Shown: one piece after another, positions 1 through 11,800 of the stretch
Numbering within the stretch: the first letter of the stretch is position 1
How the letters are laid out: the number at the start of each line of letters is the position of its first letter
Made by a program: the position numbers and the translations under genes
From: Vicugna vicugna
Taxonomy: Eukaryota
Assembly (NCBI GenBank): GCA_013265495.1
Contig: MU057521.1
Coordinates: 1,562,335-1,626,334, forward strand
Direction: 5' to 3'
DNA length: 64,000 nt
The notes under the pieces: generated by a model
Databases searched by the model: none
Told to the model about the DNA's origin: nothing
Seen by the model: only the letters and a program-made list of their open reading frames with translations

Positions 1-757
1 TTTTGCCTGTAGTTAAACCAAACGATGACCAGGAAAAAGTGCTGTGATTATAGTCTTGTGGAGGAGACAGTTGAGGTTTTCCAAAGCATGATGGAGAGGA
101 AAGGTCAGTGTATTTGTTTCTCCCTAAGGAATGTTTAAATTTATACAAGGTTATTAATGGTCAATTTCATGACAGTAATATTAGAAATTTAAAATAAGGA
201 GAAAAATTCCTTGTGATACTATTACTCCAACAGACTGAGTAGCCTACCTTCTCTTTCTGCTCACTGGCCTGACATTTCCCTCCGACTTCCTTAATGTTTA
301 ACCTAGCATCCAACCTTACCTACACAGGATTTGTACATTATGGCACTGGACCTTATTGAATGATGAGAGTAAAATGCAAAGCAAAACAAAGTAAAAAAAA
401 AAATTCTGTGTAACCAACCTATTTCCAATTTTCAAAATCAGCTCATTTTCCTTCATGGAATTGTTTCACATTCTGGGAAATCGAGCTGAGCCATCTGGTG
501 AGTTGCTGTGGTTAGAATGGACAGGGTTTTGGTGGTGGTGGGTGCTTGTTGTTTTAGGAATGTTTCCCACTTTATATAAACAGTTCTATTTGTTGAAAAT
601 TGAGCACTACCTACATGACACCTGAGCATCTTTCCACTGTGCTTTTCTGATACTGTTCCTTATCACTGATACCAGCCCACCAACTCTGAGGTCAGAAGCT
701 GATGGCATACACTCTTTAACTGTCTCCCTCTGATCAGCTCCTTACAGGAGTTCCTCA

Positions 758-1097
758 GTATATTAGTCAGTGTTCTCCAGAAAAACAGAACCAATGGGAT
801 GTGAACATATGGAGAGAAAGAGCGATTATTTTGAAGAATTGCCTGGCAAATATAAAATCTGTAGGATGAGCTGTCAGGCTCAAGTCCAAAGGCTGCCAGG
901 CTGGAGGGAGGTCCATCTTCACAGGCCTTTGACTGACTGGATGAGGCTCACCCACAGTATAGAGGGCAATCTGCTGTACTTAAAGTCCACCAATTTAAAT
1001 GTTAATCTCTCCTAAAAATACTCACAAAACATCAAGAGTGATGTTTAATCAAATATCTGGGCACGATGGCCCAGCCAAGTTGATACATAATATTAAT
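758..1097. mobile_element. MLT2-family (ERVL) solo LTR
   Basis: Hallmark motifs TATTAGTCAGTGTTCTCCAGA, GACTGGATGAGGCTCACCCACA, GAGGGCAATCTGCT, GGCCCAGCCAAGTTGATACATAA. Confidence 0.8.
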
Positions 1098-1868
1098 TTT
1101 TATGTGTCATTACATTGGATTCTTAGATTCTTATTAGCACAGTCCCCTGTCCTAATGCTGACACTGTCCCCACCCAATCCACCACACTCACACCTGTAAT
1201 CTCATCCTGGCTTACTCTGTGGGGAAGACGGGAAAGGAAGGTCTGTTCCACAAATTCAGACGGCTACAAAAAACTCAACCAGGTGTAACCAAAGTAATAA
1301 GATGAGGGCCAGGGCAAATTCTCAACTAACTCAAGAAACAACACGTTCATTCAGGTAAGAATATAAAAAAGTTTTGGTTTCACCTTTAGATGTAAATTCG
1401 ATGCAACAAATTATGCCCAAGAGAGGTACAGGGTAGGAGGCCCTGCATAGATACTGAGTCATATTTAAAGAAATGTTACAAAGCATGGCCATAGAGCAGA
1501 ATGCACTGCGAAGGCAAGTTTGTGGGTAAGAGGGAAGGAGACCTCTAGCCTTTCAACACGTGATTTCAGCAATAAGCCTGGGGGTCCTCTACATGAGTTC
1601 TTCCTTGAACAAAAGGAAAGATGCCTTTGTTTTGTTTTGTTTTCCACTGCGCCTCCGTTTAGAATTTCAGGCTAATAGTGATGCTAGTGGTACCAGCAAA
1701 ATGTTGCCAAAGTTGGGGGGATCACGCTGCATTTTGTATTCTATTTACATAAAAGAGGCTCTTTTTTGTTTATAAATATTTTTACTTGGTCTTTCAAATC
1801 ACAACTGTAGGTAAAACTCATGTTGTCATTAGCAGCAGGTACATGTACACATATAAAGCTAAATTTCT

Positions 1869-1918
1869 GTGCTCACTTTGGTAGCACATATACTAAGCAC
1901 TGAGAAACAAAACAAAAA
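1869..1918 (+). pseudogene. 3'-truncated U6 snRNA retrocopy with A-rich tail and TSD
   Basis: GTGCTCACTTTGGTAGCACATATACTAA (1869-1896) vs U6 5' end GTGCTCGCTTCGGCAGCACATATACTAA (3 transitions). It is followed by GCACTGAGAAACAAAACAAAAA and flanked by the direct repeat CTAAATTTCT (1859-1868, 1919-1928). Confidence 0.85.
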
Positions 1919-1999
1919 CTAAATTTCTGATTTTATTTTATTATAGTCCCTTAATTGCTCCCATTATTCCACTCTCATAAACGTCCATTCTGGGTTTTA

Positions 2000-2945
2000 A
2001 CGTTCTTCCAACTCACCTTCCATACTTTCATGTATCTAAAGTAGACTTTCAGTCACATAACTGGTTTTGTGCTATACATCTCATCCTACTTATTTTTTCA
2101 CTCGTCATGTTTCTGAGCTGTAAATATGTTGATGTAAGTAAATTTTATGTACCGCTTCTGAGCATTTTCTAGTTTTTCCATCCTATGCGTGTACCACAGT
2201 TAACATATCCTCTCTTCCACTGAAGGACAGATTGTCTAGAGCCATTTACATTGACAAGCAAACATACTGACATAAGTCTCTTTGGGCACCTGCCAGTTTC
2301 TCTAGGGTATCACCCAGGAACAGTATTTCAGATCACACGAAGAATATACATATACAAGATTTCACTAACCACTGCCCAAATGACCTCCAAAAATGGCAGT
2401 GGTAGGTGACTCCTCCCATCTGTAGTGCAATAAGGAGTTTCATTTCCCCACATCCTTGTCAAAACTTGCTATTATACAACTGTTTATGTTTTAGCAGTCT
2501 AATGGTTATAAGGTAGTATCTCATTTTTTAATCGAAGTATAGTTGATGTAGAATATTATGTGAGTTACAGGTATAAAATACAGTGATTTACAAATTTTAA
2601 AGGTTATACTCTGTTTATGGCTATGTTCCCCGTGTCGTACAATATATCCCTGCAGCTTATTTTATACATAATGGTTTGTGCCTCTTACTCCCCTACCCCT
2701 ATAGTGCCTTCCCCTCTTCCTTCTCCTCGCTGGTCACCACTAGCTTGTTCTCTCTATCTGTGATCTGTTTCTTTTTTGTTATATTCACTAGTTTGTTTTA
2801 TTTTTTTAGACTCCATATATAAGTGGTATCATACAATATCTTTCTCTGTCTGACTTACTTCACTTAGCATAATACCCTCTAAGTCCATTCATGTTGCTGC
2901 AAACAGCAAAATTGCATTCTTTTTTATTGCTGAGTCATATTCCAT

Positions 2946-2976
<31 letters not shown>

Positions 2977-3500
2977 CACACCTTTATCCATTCAACTGTT
3001 GATGGGCACTTAGGTTGCTTCCGCGTCATGGCAGTTGTAAATAATGCTGCTAAGAACGTTGGGGTGTATGTATCTCTTTGAACTAGAGTTTTTCTTTCTT
3101 TCTTTCTGAGATATACCTAGGAGTGGGAATTGCTGGGTCATATGTAGTTCTATTTTTAGCTTTTTGAGAAACCTCCTGGCAGTATCCCATTTTTAACACA
3201 ATCTGCATTTCTCTGATTACTAATGAGTTTGAGAGTCTTCTCATCTATTTATTGGCCATTCTGGATTTACTCCTGTGAGTTTCTTTTTCCTATTTTTGCC
3301 CATTTTTCTGTTTTTTTTCCTTCCTGATTTGCGAAAGTTCCTTAGATATTCTGGATTTTAATCCTTTGTCCTAGTTTTGCAAAATATCTTCTTCCAGCAC
3401 ATCTCCTGTCTGTTACATTTGTATAAAGTGTCTTACTTTGAAGAGAAAGCTTTACTTTTAGTGTCATTAAATTCACACATTTTTTCCCTTTGAAGTTTGT
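2000..3500 (-). mobile_element. Old L1M fragment hosting a younger L1 insertion
   Basis: Degenerate antisense L1 3' motifs (CCCCACATCCTTGTCAAAACTTG; TGCATTTCTCTGATTACTAATGAG...ATTGGCCATT) resume on both sides of the 2529-3177 insert. Confidence 0.6.
2529..3177 (-). mobile_element. 5'-truncated L1 3' end (artiodactyl-type) with TSD
   Basis: Antisense L1 3'UTR (GAAGTATAGTTGAT...TGACTTACTTCACTTAGCATAATACCCTCTAAGTCCATTCATGTTGCTGCAAA...GGAATTGCTGGGTCATATG). Flanked by GGTAGTATCTCATTTTT (2512-2528) and GGCAGTATCCCATTTTT (3178-3194). Confidence 0.85.
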
Positions 3501-3519
3501 ACTTTGTGCCCCTACTCAA

Positions 3520-3920
3520 ATTAGCTACCTTTTCCTGTATAACAAACCACTCCAAAGCATAGTGGCTTAAGTCAATAGCAATGTATTGCCATGGGCTGGT
3601 ATGGTGGTCCTGCTTGACTGGGCCTGCCTCCTGGGGCTGGATGGTCAAGGGTGGTCTCACATCACATCATGGGGACCTCAGCTGGGATGGCTGGGCCTCT
3701 CATCCTCCAGGAGGCTAGCCCAGGCTCCTTCACATGGTGGTCTCTGGTCTCTAGCAGCTGGGGAGGGCAAGACTCCGTGTACACATGATTTTCAAGGTTT
3801 TGCTGCTTCACGTTGCTAATACCCAGTGGGCCAAAGCAAGTCATATGACTAAACCCAGATCCAAGAAGTGGGGAAAAAAGATTCCACCTACCTCCTGATA
3901 GGAGGAGCTATAGAATGTTT
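3520..3920. mobile_element. MLT1-family (MaLR) LTR
   Basis: TAACAAACCACTCCAAAGCATAGTGGCTTAA ... CAGTGGGCCAAAGCAAGTCATATGACTAAACCCAGA motifs. Confidence 0.7.
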
Positions 3921-3934
3921 GTCTGTTTTACTAA

Positions 3935-4280
3935 GCTTTATTTTTTGAGCAGTTTTAGGTTCACAGCAAAATTGAACAGAATGTACATATATCCGCTGTT
4001 TCCAATATATATGTTTCCCATATATCCGCTGTTTCCAAGATAGCCTCCCTCACTATCAGTATCCACGCCAGAATGTTCTATTTGTTACAATCCATTGACA
4101 TGTCATATCACCCAGAGTCCACGTAGCTTACCTTAGGGCTCACTCTTAGTGGTGTATATTCTATGGGTTTGGACAAATGTCTGATGACATGTATTCTTCA
4201 TGACAGTATGGTACAGAGTAGTTTCACTGCCCTAAAAATCCTCTGTGCTTCACCCATTCTCCCACTCTGCCTCACTACTC
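3935..4280 (-). mobile_element. L1M 3' UTR fragment
   Basis: TTTTGAGCAGTTTTAGGTTCACAGCAAAATTGAACAGAA ... GGGTTTGGACAAATGT...AGAGTAGTTTCACTGCCCTAAAAATCCTCTGTGCT. Confidence 0.75.
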
Positions 4281-4476
4281 CACATTTAAATGATGTTCTT
4301 CTATATTTCCTATTAGTAGTTTTAATAGTCTTTAAACTATTTGGCATTTCTTTCTTTATATTGTGATTTTTAATATCTTTAAATAAATTATTTTAAATAT
4401 TTCACTGATAATTTATAAATGTATTTATTCTATAATATGTTAATATAGTTATATATTATATAATTATTTTATTCAT

Positions 4477-4740
4477 TAAGTTCCAGGGTTCTAAGGTATA
4501 GCATGGTGACTACAGTTTACAATCCTATATTGTATACCCAAAACTTACTATGAGAATAGATCTTTAATGTTCTCAACAAAAAACAACCAAACAGTAGTTA
4601 TGTGAGGGGAAGAATGTGTTAACTAACCTTATTGTGGTGATCATTTTGCAATATACACATATGTGTATCAAGGCATCATATTACACACCTTAAGGTTAAA
4701 CACTGTTATGTGTCAACCATATCTCAATAAAGCTGGAAGC
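4477..4740 (+). mobile_element. L1MA-type 3' end fragment
   Basis: AGCATGGTGACTACAGTT...TTGTGGTGATCATTTTGCAATATACAC...ATATCTCAATAAAGCTGGAA. Confidence 0.75.
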
Positions 4741-7435
4741 AATCATCTTGAGATTTTGATTTGAAAGGCATTAATTTAGCGATTAATTCAGAGAAAATTA
4801 TCATCTATTCTGCACTTACAAATGTAGTATATATGTCTGCTTATTTAGGTGGTCTTTTACATTCTTTAGTTTAGTTTTAATTTTTTCCATAACGTCATGT
4901 GATTTTTATTTTGGTTAGGTGAATTTATAGATACTTTACAGTCTTTGATACTTTCTCCACAATATCAAACAATGTTGTTGATTTTTTTCCTCTGTATGCT
5001 ACTAGACTTCAAAGGTTATAGGAGGGGCTTTATGGAATTGTTGAAATGTTGTTAAAAAAGAAAAAAAGCTCTGAATCTGAGGAAAAAACCTATTATCCAG
5101 GTTTATAACAATATTAATATTTGAAGTGACATCATTCGTCATGCCTTCTAAACTGGACCAAATGATTAGTTTCAAAATGAAATCAGGCTGTTGAAGTATT
5201 CATCCAAGAGATTTTAATAGATTTTTCTCTCCCAGTGATGCAGGAAGTCAGTTTTCAGTACAACTCACAAAGGCGTAAGGTCATGAACTGCTCTACCTGA
5301 AACCTCCTGTATTTCAGCAGCTCCCAAGTGTTAGAGAGAATTAATTGCTCAACTGTAAAAACTGGGTCCCAGTGAAGTTTCAAACACCAGCCAGATGGGA
5401 GAGAGTTTTATGGCACATGTAGTTTTATACCCTAGCAACAACAACAACAAAAAAAACAGGAGAAAAAGAAAAAGAGCTTACGTTTCCATTGTCAGCACAA
5501 TGCCTGACAATTTTCCTTTGTTCTGAGGATAAAAACTGAGAGAGATGAAGGGTGAAACTTACATCTCTGAATTTTCATAATGCTGGGTGCTAGGGGTTGT
5601 CATCACTTGCTTGAAAAAGATTAAAACTGCTTGTCATTTTTGCAGAGAGAAAAGGGATATAATGCACTTTTTGAGATACACGTTTAGACAGCTTTAGAGT
5701 GCTTTGTCTTATGGGTGCAAAATTGTGTTTAGCCGAACAATTACCTGGTCTAGGCAGCAAATGCCATGTGCCTTATTTTTTGTTTAAGATGTTTCCCCTT
5801 ATTTTTGCCTTTTGTTTTGATTACTTTTTATTCTATTTTTAATCCTTCTCTTGCATGTATGGTTTTAATATTTGGATCCACTGCCAGTATTTCTGTCAAT
5901 GAGGAGGAGTGTTACTTAAAACATGGGTTAGCTTGGTTCAAAGTGCCAACATTCCACTTTGTTAGACCTTAGGCAAGAGTCACTTCTCTGAGCCTCAGTT
6001 TACCCATCTGACACAGGAGGGGGTGAGGTCACCACACATGTCCTCTCCAACTCTAGGATTCTGCATATTTTCTTGGACGCTTGGTCTTTGGAGATAATTC
6101 TTGAAGTTTCCATAAATAAAAGTGGAAACCAGCTACTTCTTTAAAACCAGCGAGAAACTTAGGGGACACAGTAATTGCCATGGTTCTGTAATCCCGGGGA
6201 ACCAAATCAGAAACTGCAGGGACGATGAGGCCTTCACATGATAGCAAGGAGCAAAGTGTATCTTTCCAAAGTCCACATTTCTTCTTCTAGCAATTTCTTG
6301 AATTGCCATGAAAATTGGAATGGATGAGAATTGGGGTTTGTCAACAAGATAAAAGGCTGTCAGATAAAGTGAGTTATCTGCCTTTTGTTCCGCCCAAAAG
6401 GTGACTTTACCCGAAATTCTGCTGAACATCTAAGGAATTAATCTGGATGAGTGAGCTCAGCCTGACATTAAGATGCTCTGATGCCCTTCTTAGCAAGGAT
6501 GCTGAAATAGCAACAGCTTCAGTTTGCTGAAGCAATAACAGCTGTCAGGAAAAAAAGAGAGAGGCAGAGAGAAACTGGAAAATCAAAGCCGTTCAAAGGC
6601 ATTAGGTAGCAATTAAGAGGCTTTTCTCTTGAAAGGCTTATTTAAGCAACTGATCAGCCAATATCCATCGGTTGCCTGATGATCAAGACCTCACCTCTGC
6701 ACTTCCTGTCTTCCAGGAGCTTACAGTTTAGTTAACAGCTACCAGCTCTTCTGCAATGAACCCAGTGCCTACTAAGCTTTCTCAGATGGCAGGTACTACA
6801 CCCCTTGGGACCAGCAGCAGTCTATAGCCCATGTGTCTTTGCATCATTGGATCTTTGATTTTTCAATCCCTTTCCATTCTTAGGTCCCTACTTTGGGAAT
6901 CCACCCAACGTTGGCTTTTAGCTGCCTGGGTCCTGACATATTTCTTGCTAACCATTCCTCATTCTTGGAATCCACCTCAGTTGTTGGTGTGTTTGCCTTT
7001 CCAACTTCATCCCATCTTTAGCTCCTTGGTTCCACTGAATCCTGTAGCGGAAGACCTTTTCCCCATCCTCCCAGGCTGATGTGGCATATTGAGGGTACCA
7101 TCTTCTACTTCTGCATCCTGGCTGCCCCTACAACGCCTCATCTGTCAACTAGAACGACCAGGCAGCCTGTCTTTGCCTGGAACTTGACTTTTCCTTAGAC
7201 TCACAAACGAGTCTATTAAAGGCTGATGTGGTTTAGGCCCCTGTATTACTCTGTCAGGTCGTTCACCCCTGGATATGCCCACTGTACTGTCCACTTGTGG
7301 CTCACTAGACTTTGAGCAGAACAGACCAGAGAGAAAGAGCAAACCCTCCCTTGTTCTAGGAAGCCTGCTTCTCCAGGGCTCCCAATGGGACTCAAATTGA
7401 GCCTTTTCTTGAGTTCGAGCTACAGAGATGACTTT

Positions 7436-7530
7436 ATACAGACATACACGCACATTTGGACGTTTAGGCACACATATGTACACCCACTCATGCACACATA
7501 TGCACATGCACACCTACACTTGCACACATA
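7436..7530. repeat. Degenerate (CA/TA)n alternating purine-pyrimidine tract
   Basis: ACAGACATACACGCACA...CACACATATGTACAC...TGCACACATATGCACATGCACAC, directly visible. Confidence 0.75.
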
Positions 7531-9869
7531 ATCATCCATTTATTCATTATGTAACACCCTGGGCTGTCTCTCCCTCTGCTGGGAGAAGGTGGTGTGATTT
7601 GGCCATAGGAAATTTGGAGAGAACAAACCAATGTGATTGGCTCAGCCCCTCTCTGCTTTCCTCTTTGGGAGCTGCCCTGCCCTCAGGGAACGTAAGTTGG
7701 GAGGTGGGCTGGGGAATGGCAGGGCAGGGGTGGGAGGCTGCTGTGGTCCAGGCTGCTGTGACAGGGATTCAGTATTGGAAAGTTTATTTGCTCACAGATA
7801 TAAGCTACATCCTCAATATCAGCTTCATAAAGGTGCTGTTGTGACCTCCATCTTTCTTGATCTATTTCTCAACTGGCTCATCACTCAGGCAAGGAAGCAG
7901 AGTGTGATCTCAAAGACCCTAACAGAAGTAGGAAACTAAGGCAGAGCTTGAATAATTCTCTGTCTGCTCTGACTTCAAATTTACATAAGGAAAGGGGGCT
8001 GAGGATATTGCTTCTAGTTCTCAGATGGTGCATTTACTCCTGCTTGTCATGTATAAGACAATCCTGCAGGTATTTATCATCTGTGTCTTGATACATGATA
8101 CTTCTATGATGTATGATACATATATGGTGCTTCTCAGCTTTCCCAGGGCTTGGAATCTCATTGAACAAAAGGACTCATTCATGTTTACCTTAATTTGTTT
8201 ACAATTGGTTTTGCTAGCAAGGGCCCTCCTGCCTTGTTGGCTTCATCTCTCTGGGGAGTTGGTCTCAAACCCTGGGATGTTTGTTTTCCTCTCCTGGGCA
8301 TGACGTCACTGTGCTGGCTGCACCTCATGTTGCATCTCACCCCGGCTGTGTTTTCTTCACTGTAATAAGGTACTTCTGAAGACACACTCGAGTAGCCTTG
8401 TTTTTCACTGTTTTTCACAGCGTGCATAATTCTGGAGTGAGGCAGTCCCTGGCTTTGTCCCACTGTTTCATCCAGTGCTGATTTCACTTCTGTCTTCTTT
8501 CAGGTCAGACAAATTCAGAGAAGATTCCAATATGAGGGTTGAGTTAGGGCTCAGTCTTCACATTGGGCCAGTGAGGAAAGGTTAAAGAGATGAGGATTAT
8601 TGGAGGGAGAAGGTTGAGGAGCAGGTTAATGATTGTGGTGTCTGAAACCTTAGGGATTATTTTACAGACTTAGTGACCAGCTAATGTCCATCTCCACGAA
8701 GAAGAGGAGAGGAAGTAGCCTTGGGCCACGGCAGAGAGACTGAGTTTTGAAATGGGTGATGTGGGGGCTCAGTGGAGTGATCTTCCCTTGAAGGACTTGA
8801 TAATTCACATAGATTTTAGTCTGCCTGGGATGGCTGGCATTACTCTTCAAATGAGTCTCAAAGAAATAATAAACCCATAACACTAAAAACATTTTACCAT
8901 CTCTACTTTCACCAAAAGAGGCTTTTGTTGTTTTTTTTTGCTTGTTTGTTTGTTTGCTTTTTGACCTGGAGAATCCGGCAATTACTGCAAACTGCCCTCT
9001 CCCAAGGATCTACTCAAGTATAAGCAATCCTATGGAACCCACTGATACGAATGTTACAATTATTTATGTCTCCAATTAAGAGTGCTCCCCATCTTCGAGG
9101 GAAGCCTGCAATTTCTAGCTTTGGAGGAGGGCTGTAGATCATATGGTTTAATTTTTTAAGTTATACCTAAAGAAATGTTTCCAGAATTGTGTGCTATTTT
9201 TGAGATTTTGAAACTGGGCCAAGAATCTCAAAATGTAAAGGACCACGTGGGGCGTGTGGTGTGAACTATTAGACATGTAAGTCCTCTCGATAACATTCCC
9301 TACAACTCGCTGTGCATCCTCTGACCCCACAGCGAGGTGAGGCCCCGGCTCCTCACACCGGCTCAGTTTCCAAAACATGCCATGTGCCGCTGCTGCTGTT
9401 CCAGGCAATTTCAGTGGCATGGAGATGACCCTCTTTTTTACTTTAATACTTATGTATCTATTTTCTTATGCATTAGACTAAAAAAAAATCACAGGGCAGA
9501 CATTTCAAAGAAAAGTGAGGAGAGTCTGAGGATAACATAACAGAGGAGCACGATTCGCATGCTTTTGACATTTGCAAACAAGAGGGAGAAGAGCATTGAA
9601 AAAGTCTAGTGGGAAGAGCGAGTTAGGACATAGGAGAAATAAGACTAGTTAGAAAGTGTGGAGTCAGGGAGGACCTGGAAAGCAGTAATAAATGTAATAA
9701 ATGGCATGTTAGAAATCGCAAGAACATGGGCTTTGGAGAAAATAAGATGGAATTCTGAGATCAAGTTGCTTATTTCTCTGACCATGGATGTAGTGATGAC
9801 TTTTTTCTTTTTTTGCTGGTGAGTGACCTGTGGGTTGTGGCAGCATCACAATTAATTATCATTGGTGGT

Positions 9870-11800
9870 AGTCATGTTTCTGGCAATAGCTGAGTAGGTT
9901 ATTTTGTATTATACTTGTTTCTGAAAACAACTAGAAAAGTTGGACTAAATATAAAAACTTTTTTTTAAAGACATTGGAGAGCTACCAAGGTACTGAGAAT
10001 TTGCACTACCAATATTAATATTTTTCCTCTGACCACAGTGAAATCAAGCTAAAAATAAGTAACAAAAACATTAAGGAGAAAAATCCCCATATGTCTGGAA
10101 ATTAAACAATACATTTATAATATCCATGGGCCAAAGAAGAAATCACAATGGAAATTAGAAAATATTTCAAATTAAGCCATAATTAAATTGCTGCATTTCA
10201 AAATCTCTGGGATGCAGCTAAAGCCAAGCTTAGAGGCCATTTATACCTTTAATATGCATATATTAGAAAAATTTTAAAAGCTGAAAAAGCAACAATTTAA
10301 AAATCTAAAGAATTTAGGAAACAGAAAATCAAATCTAACAGTAAAAAGAAGGAAATTAAAAAAAACAAAAATTAGTAAGATAGAAAACAAACTTATAATC
10401 AATAAAATCAACAATGCCAAAAGTTAGTACTATAAAATTTCCTTGAAGCCCTGCGTTAGGTTCACTCCATAAATTTAGTTATGTTGTATTTTTATTTTCA
10501 TTCAGTTCAAAATATTTAATTTTTTTTCTTGAGATTTCTTGTAGACATTGTACTACCTTAAAATCAGTAATTTCTATGCATTAAAGATACCATTAAAAGA
10601 TTAAAAAGACAAACCACAGAGGGGGAAAAGTTATTTACTGCACATATACATGACAAAGAGCTTGGATCCAAAATATATACAGAACTCCTACAAATCGATA
10701 AGAAAAAGACAACCAAATAGAAAAATGGGCAAAAGACTCAAAAAAAAGCTTCACAAGAGAGGATATCTAAATGACCAATAAATATATGAGAAACTGTTCA
10801 ACCTCAGTGGTCATCAATGATGTGCAAATTAAAATTACAATGAGATACCTCTGTATCTTACAATGGTTAAATATCAACACTAAGTGTTAGAGAGGTTGTG
10901 GGTCAACTGGATCTCTCATGTGCTGCTGGGGAGGAAGGTAACTTAGCACCACTTTGAAAAACCATTTTTGCAGAATCTAAAGCTAAACATGTTTATACTC
11001 TATAACTCAGCAATTCCATTCTTCAGTATATACCCAAGAGAAATGCAGAATATTTTTACCAAAAGACATGTAGATGAATGTACATGGCAGGTTTATTCAA
11101 AATGCTCTGTGGTGAGCTAAATAGTGCCCCGCTCCCCAACATATTCACAACCTAATCCCTGGAATCTATAAACATGCCACCTTACATGGCAAAGGGGTCT
11201 TTGCAGATGTGATAAATATAAAGATGTTGAGATTGGTAGATTATTCTGGATTATCCAGGTGGGACAATGTAATCACAAGGATCCTTATAAGAAGGACACT
11301 GGAAGGTCAAAATCAGAGAGAAATGTGAGGATGGAAACAGAGGTCACAGAGGAGAAAAGATACCATGTTATTGGCTTTAAAGATGGAGAAATGGACCATG
11401 AGCCAAAGAGTATGTGTGGCCTCTAGTCACTCCAAAAGGCAAGGAAATGCATTCTCCTCTAAAGGCTCCAGAAGTAAGGCAGCCCTGTGGACCCACATTA
11501 GACTTCTGGCCTCCAGAACTGCAATATTACAATTTTGTGTTATCTTAAGCCACTAAACTTGTGGTCATTTGTTACAGAAGCAATAGGAAACTAATACTTG
11601 CTGCAAATTGGAAACAGCCCAAATGTCCACCATAAGCAAAATGGATGAACAGTGGCATAGATCTATGATGGAAGGCTACATAGACATGAACATGATCAAT
11701 TACAGCTTCATACAACATGATGAATTCTCACAAACATGAGCCTGAGCACAAGAAGCCAGACAAAAAAGAATACACACATATGATTTCATCCACATGACAT
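9870..11800 (+). mobile_element. Fragmented L1M element (ORF2 and 3' pieces) interrupted by an MLT1 LTR
   Basis: ORF2-like CTCTGACCACAGTGAAATCAAGCTA...CTCTGGGATGCAGCTAAAGC; AAAATGGGCAAAAGAC; CAGCAATTCCATTCTTCAGTATATACCCAAGAGAAATG; TGGAAACAGCCCAAATGTCCA. Confidence 0.8.
11108..11598 (+). mobile_element. MLT1 (MLT1D-like) solo LTR
   Basis: TGTGGT...CCTAATCCCTGGAATCT...ACCTTACATGGCAAAGGGGTCTTTGCAGATGTGAT...TTTGTTACAGAAGCAATAGGAAACTAATAC. Near-TSD TGCTC/TGCTG. Confidence 0.85.

Noticed and set aside
1869..1896. Functional U6 snRNA gene
   Set aside because: Only 28 nt, mutated, lacks the ACAGAGA box, and is flanked by a TSD.
6740..7930. Possible ancient ERVL LTR fragments
   Set aside because: Some LTR-like motifs, but too degenerate to assign family or boundaries by eye.
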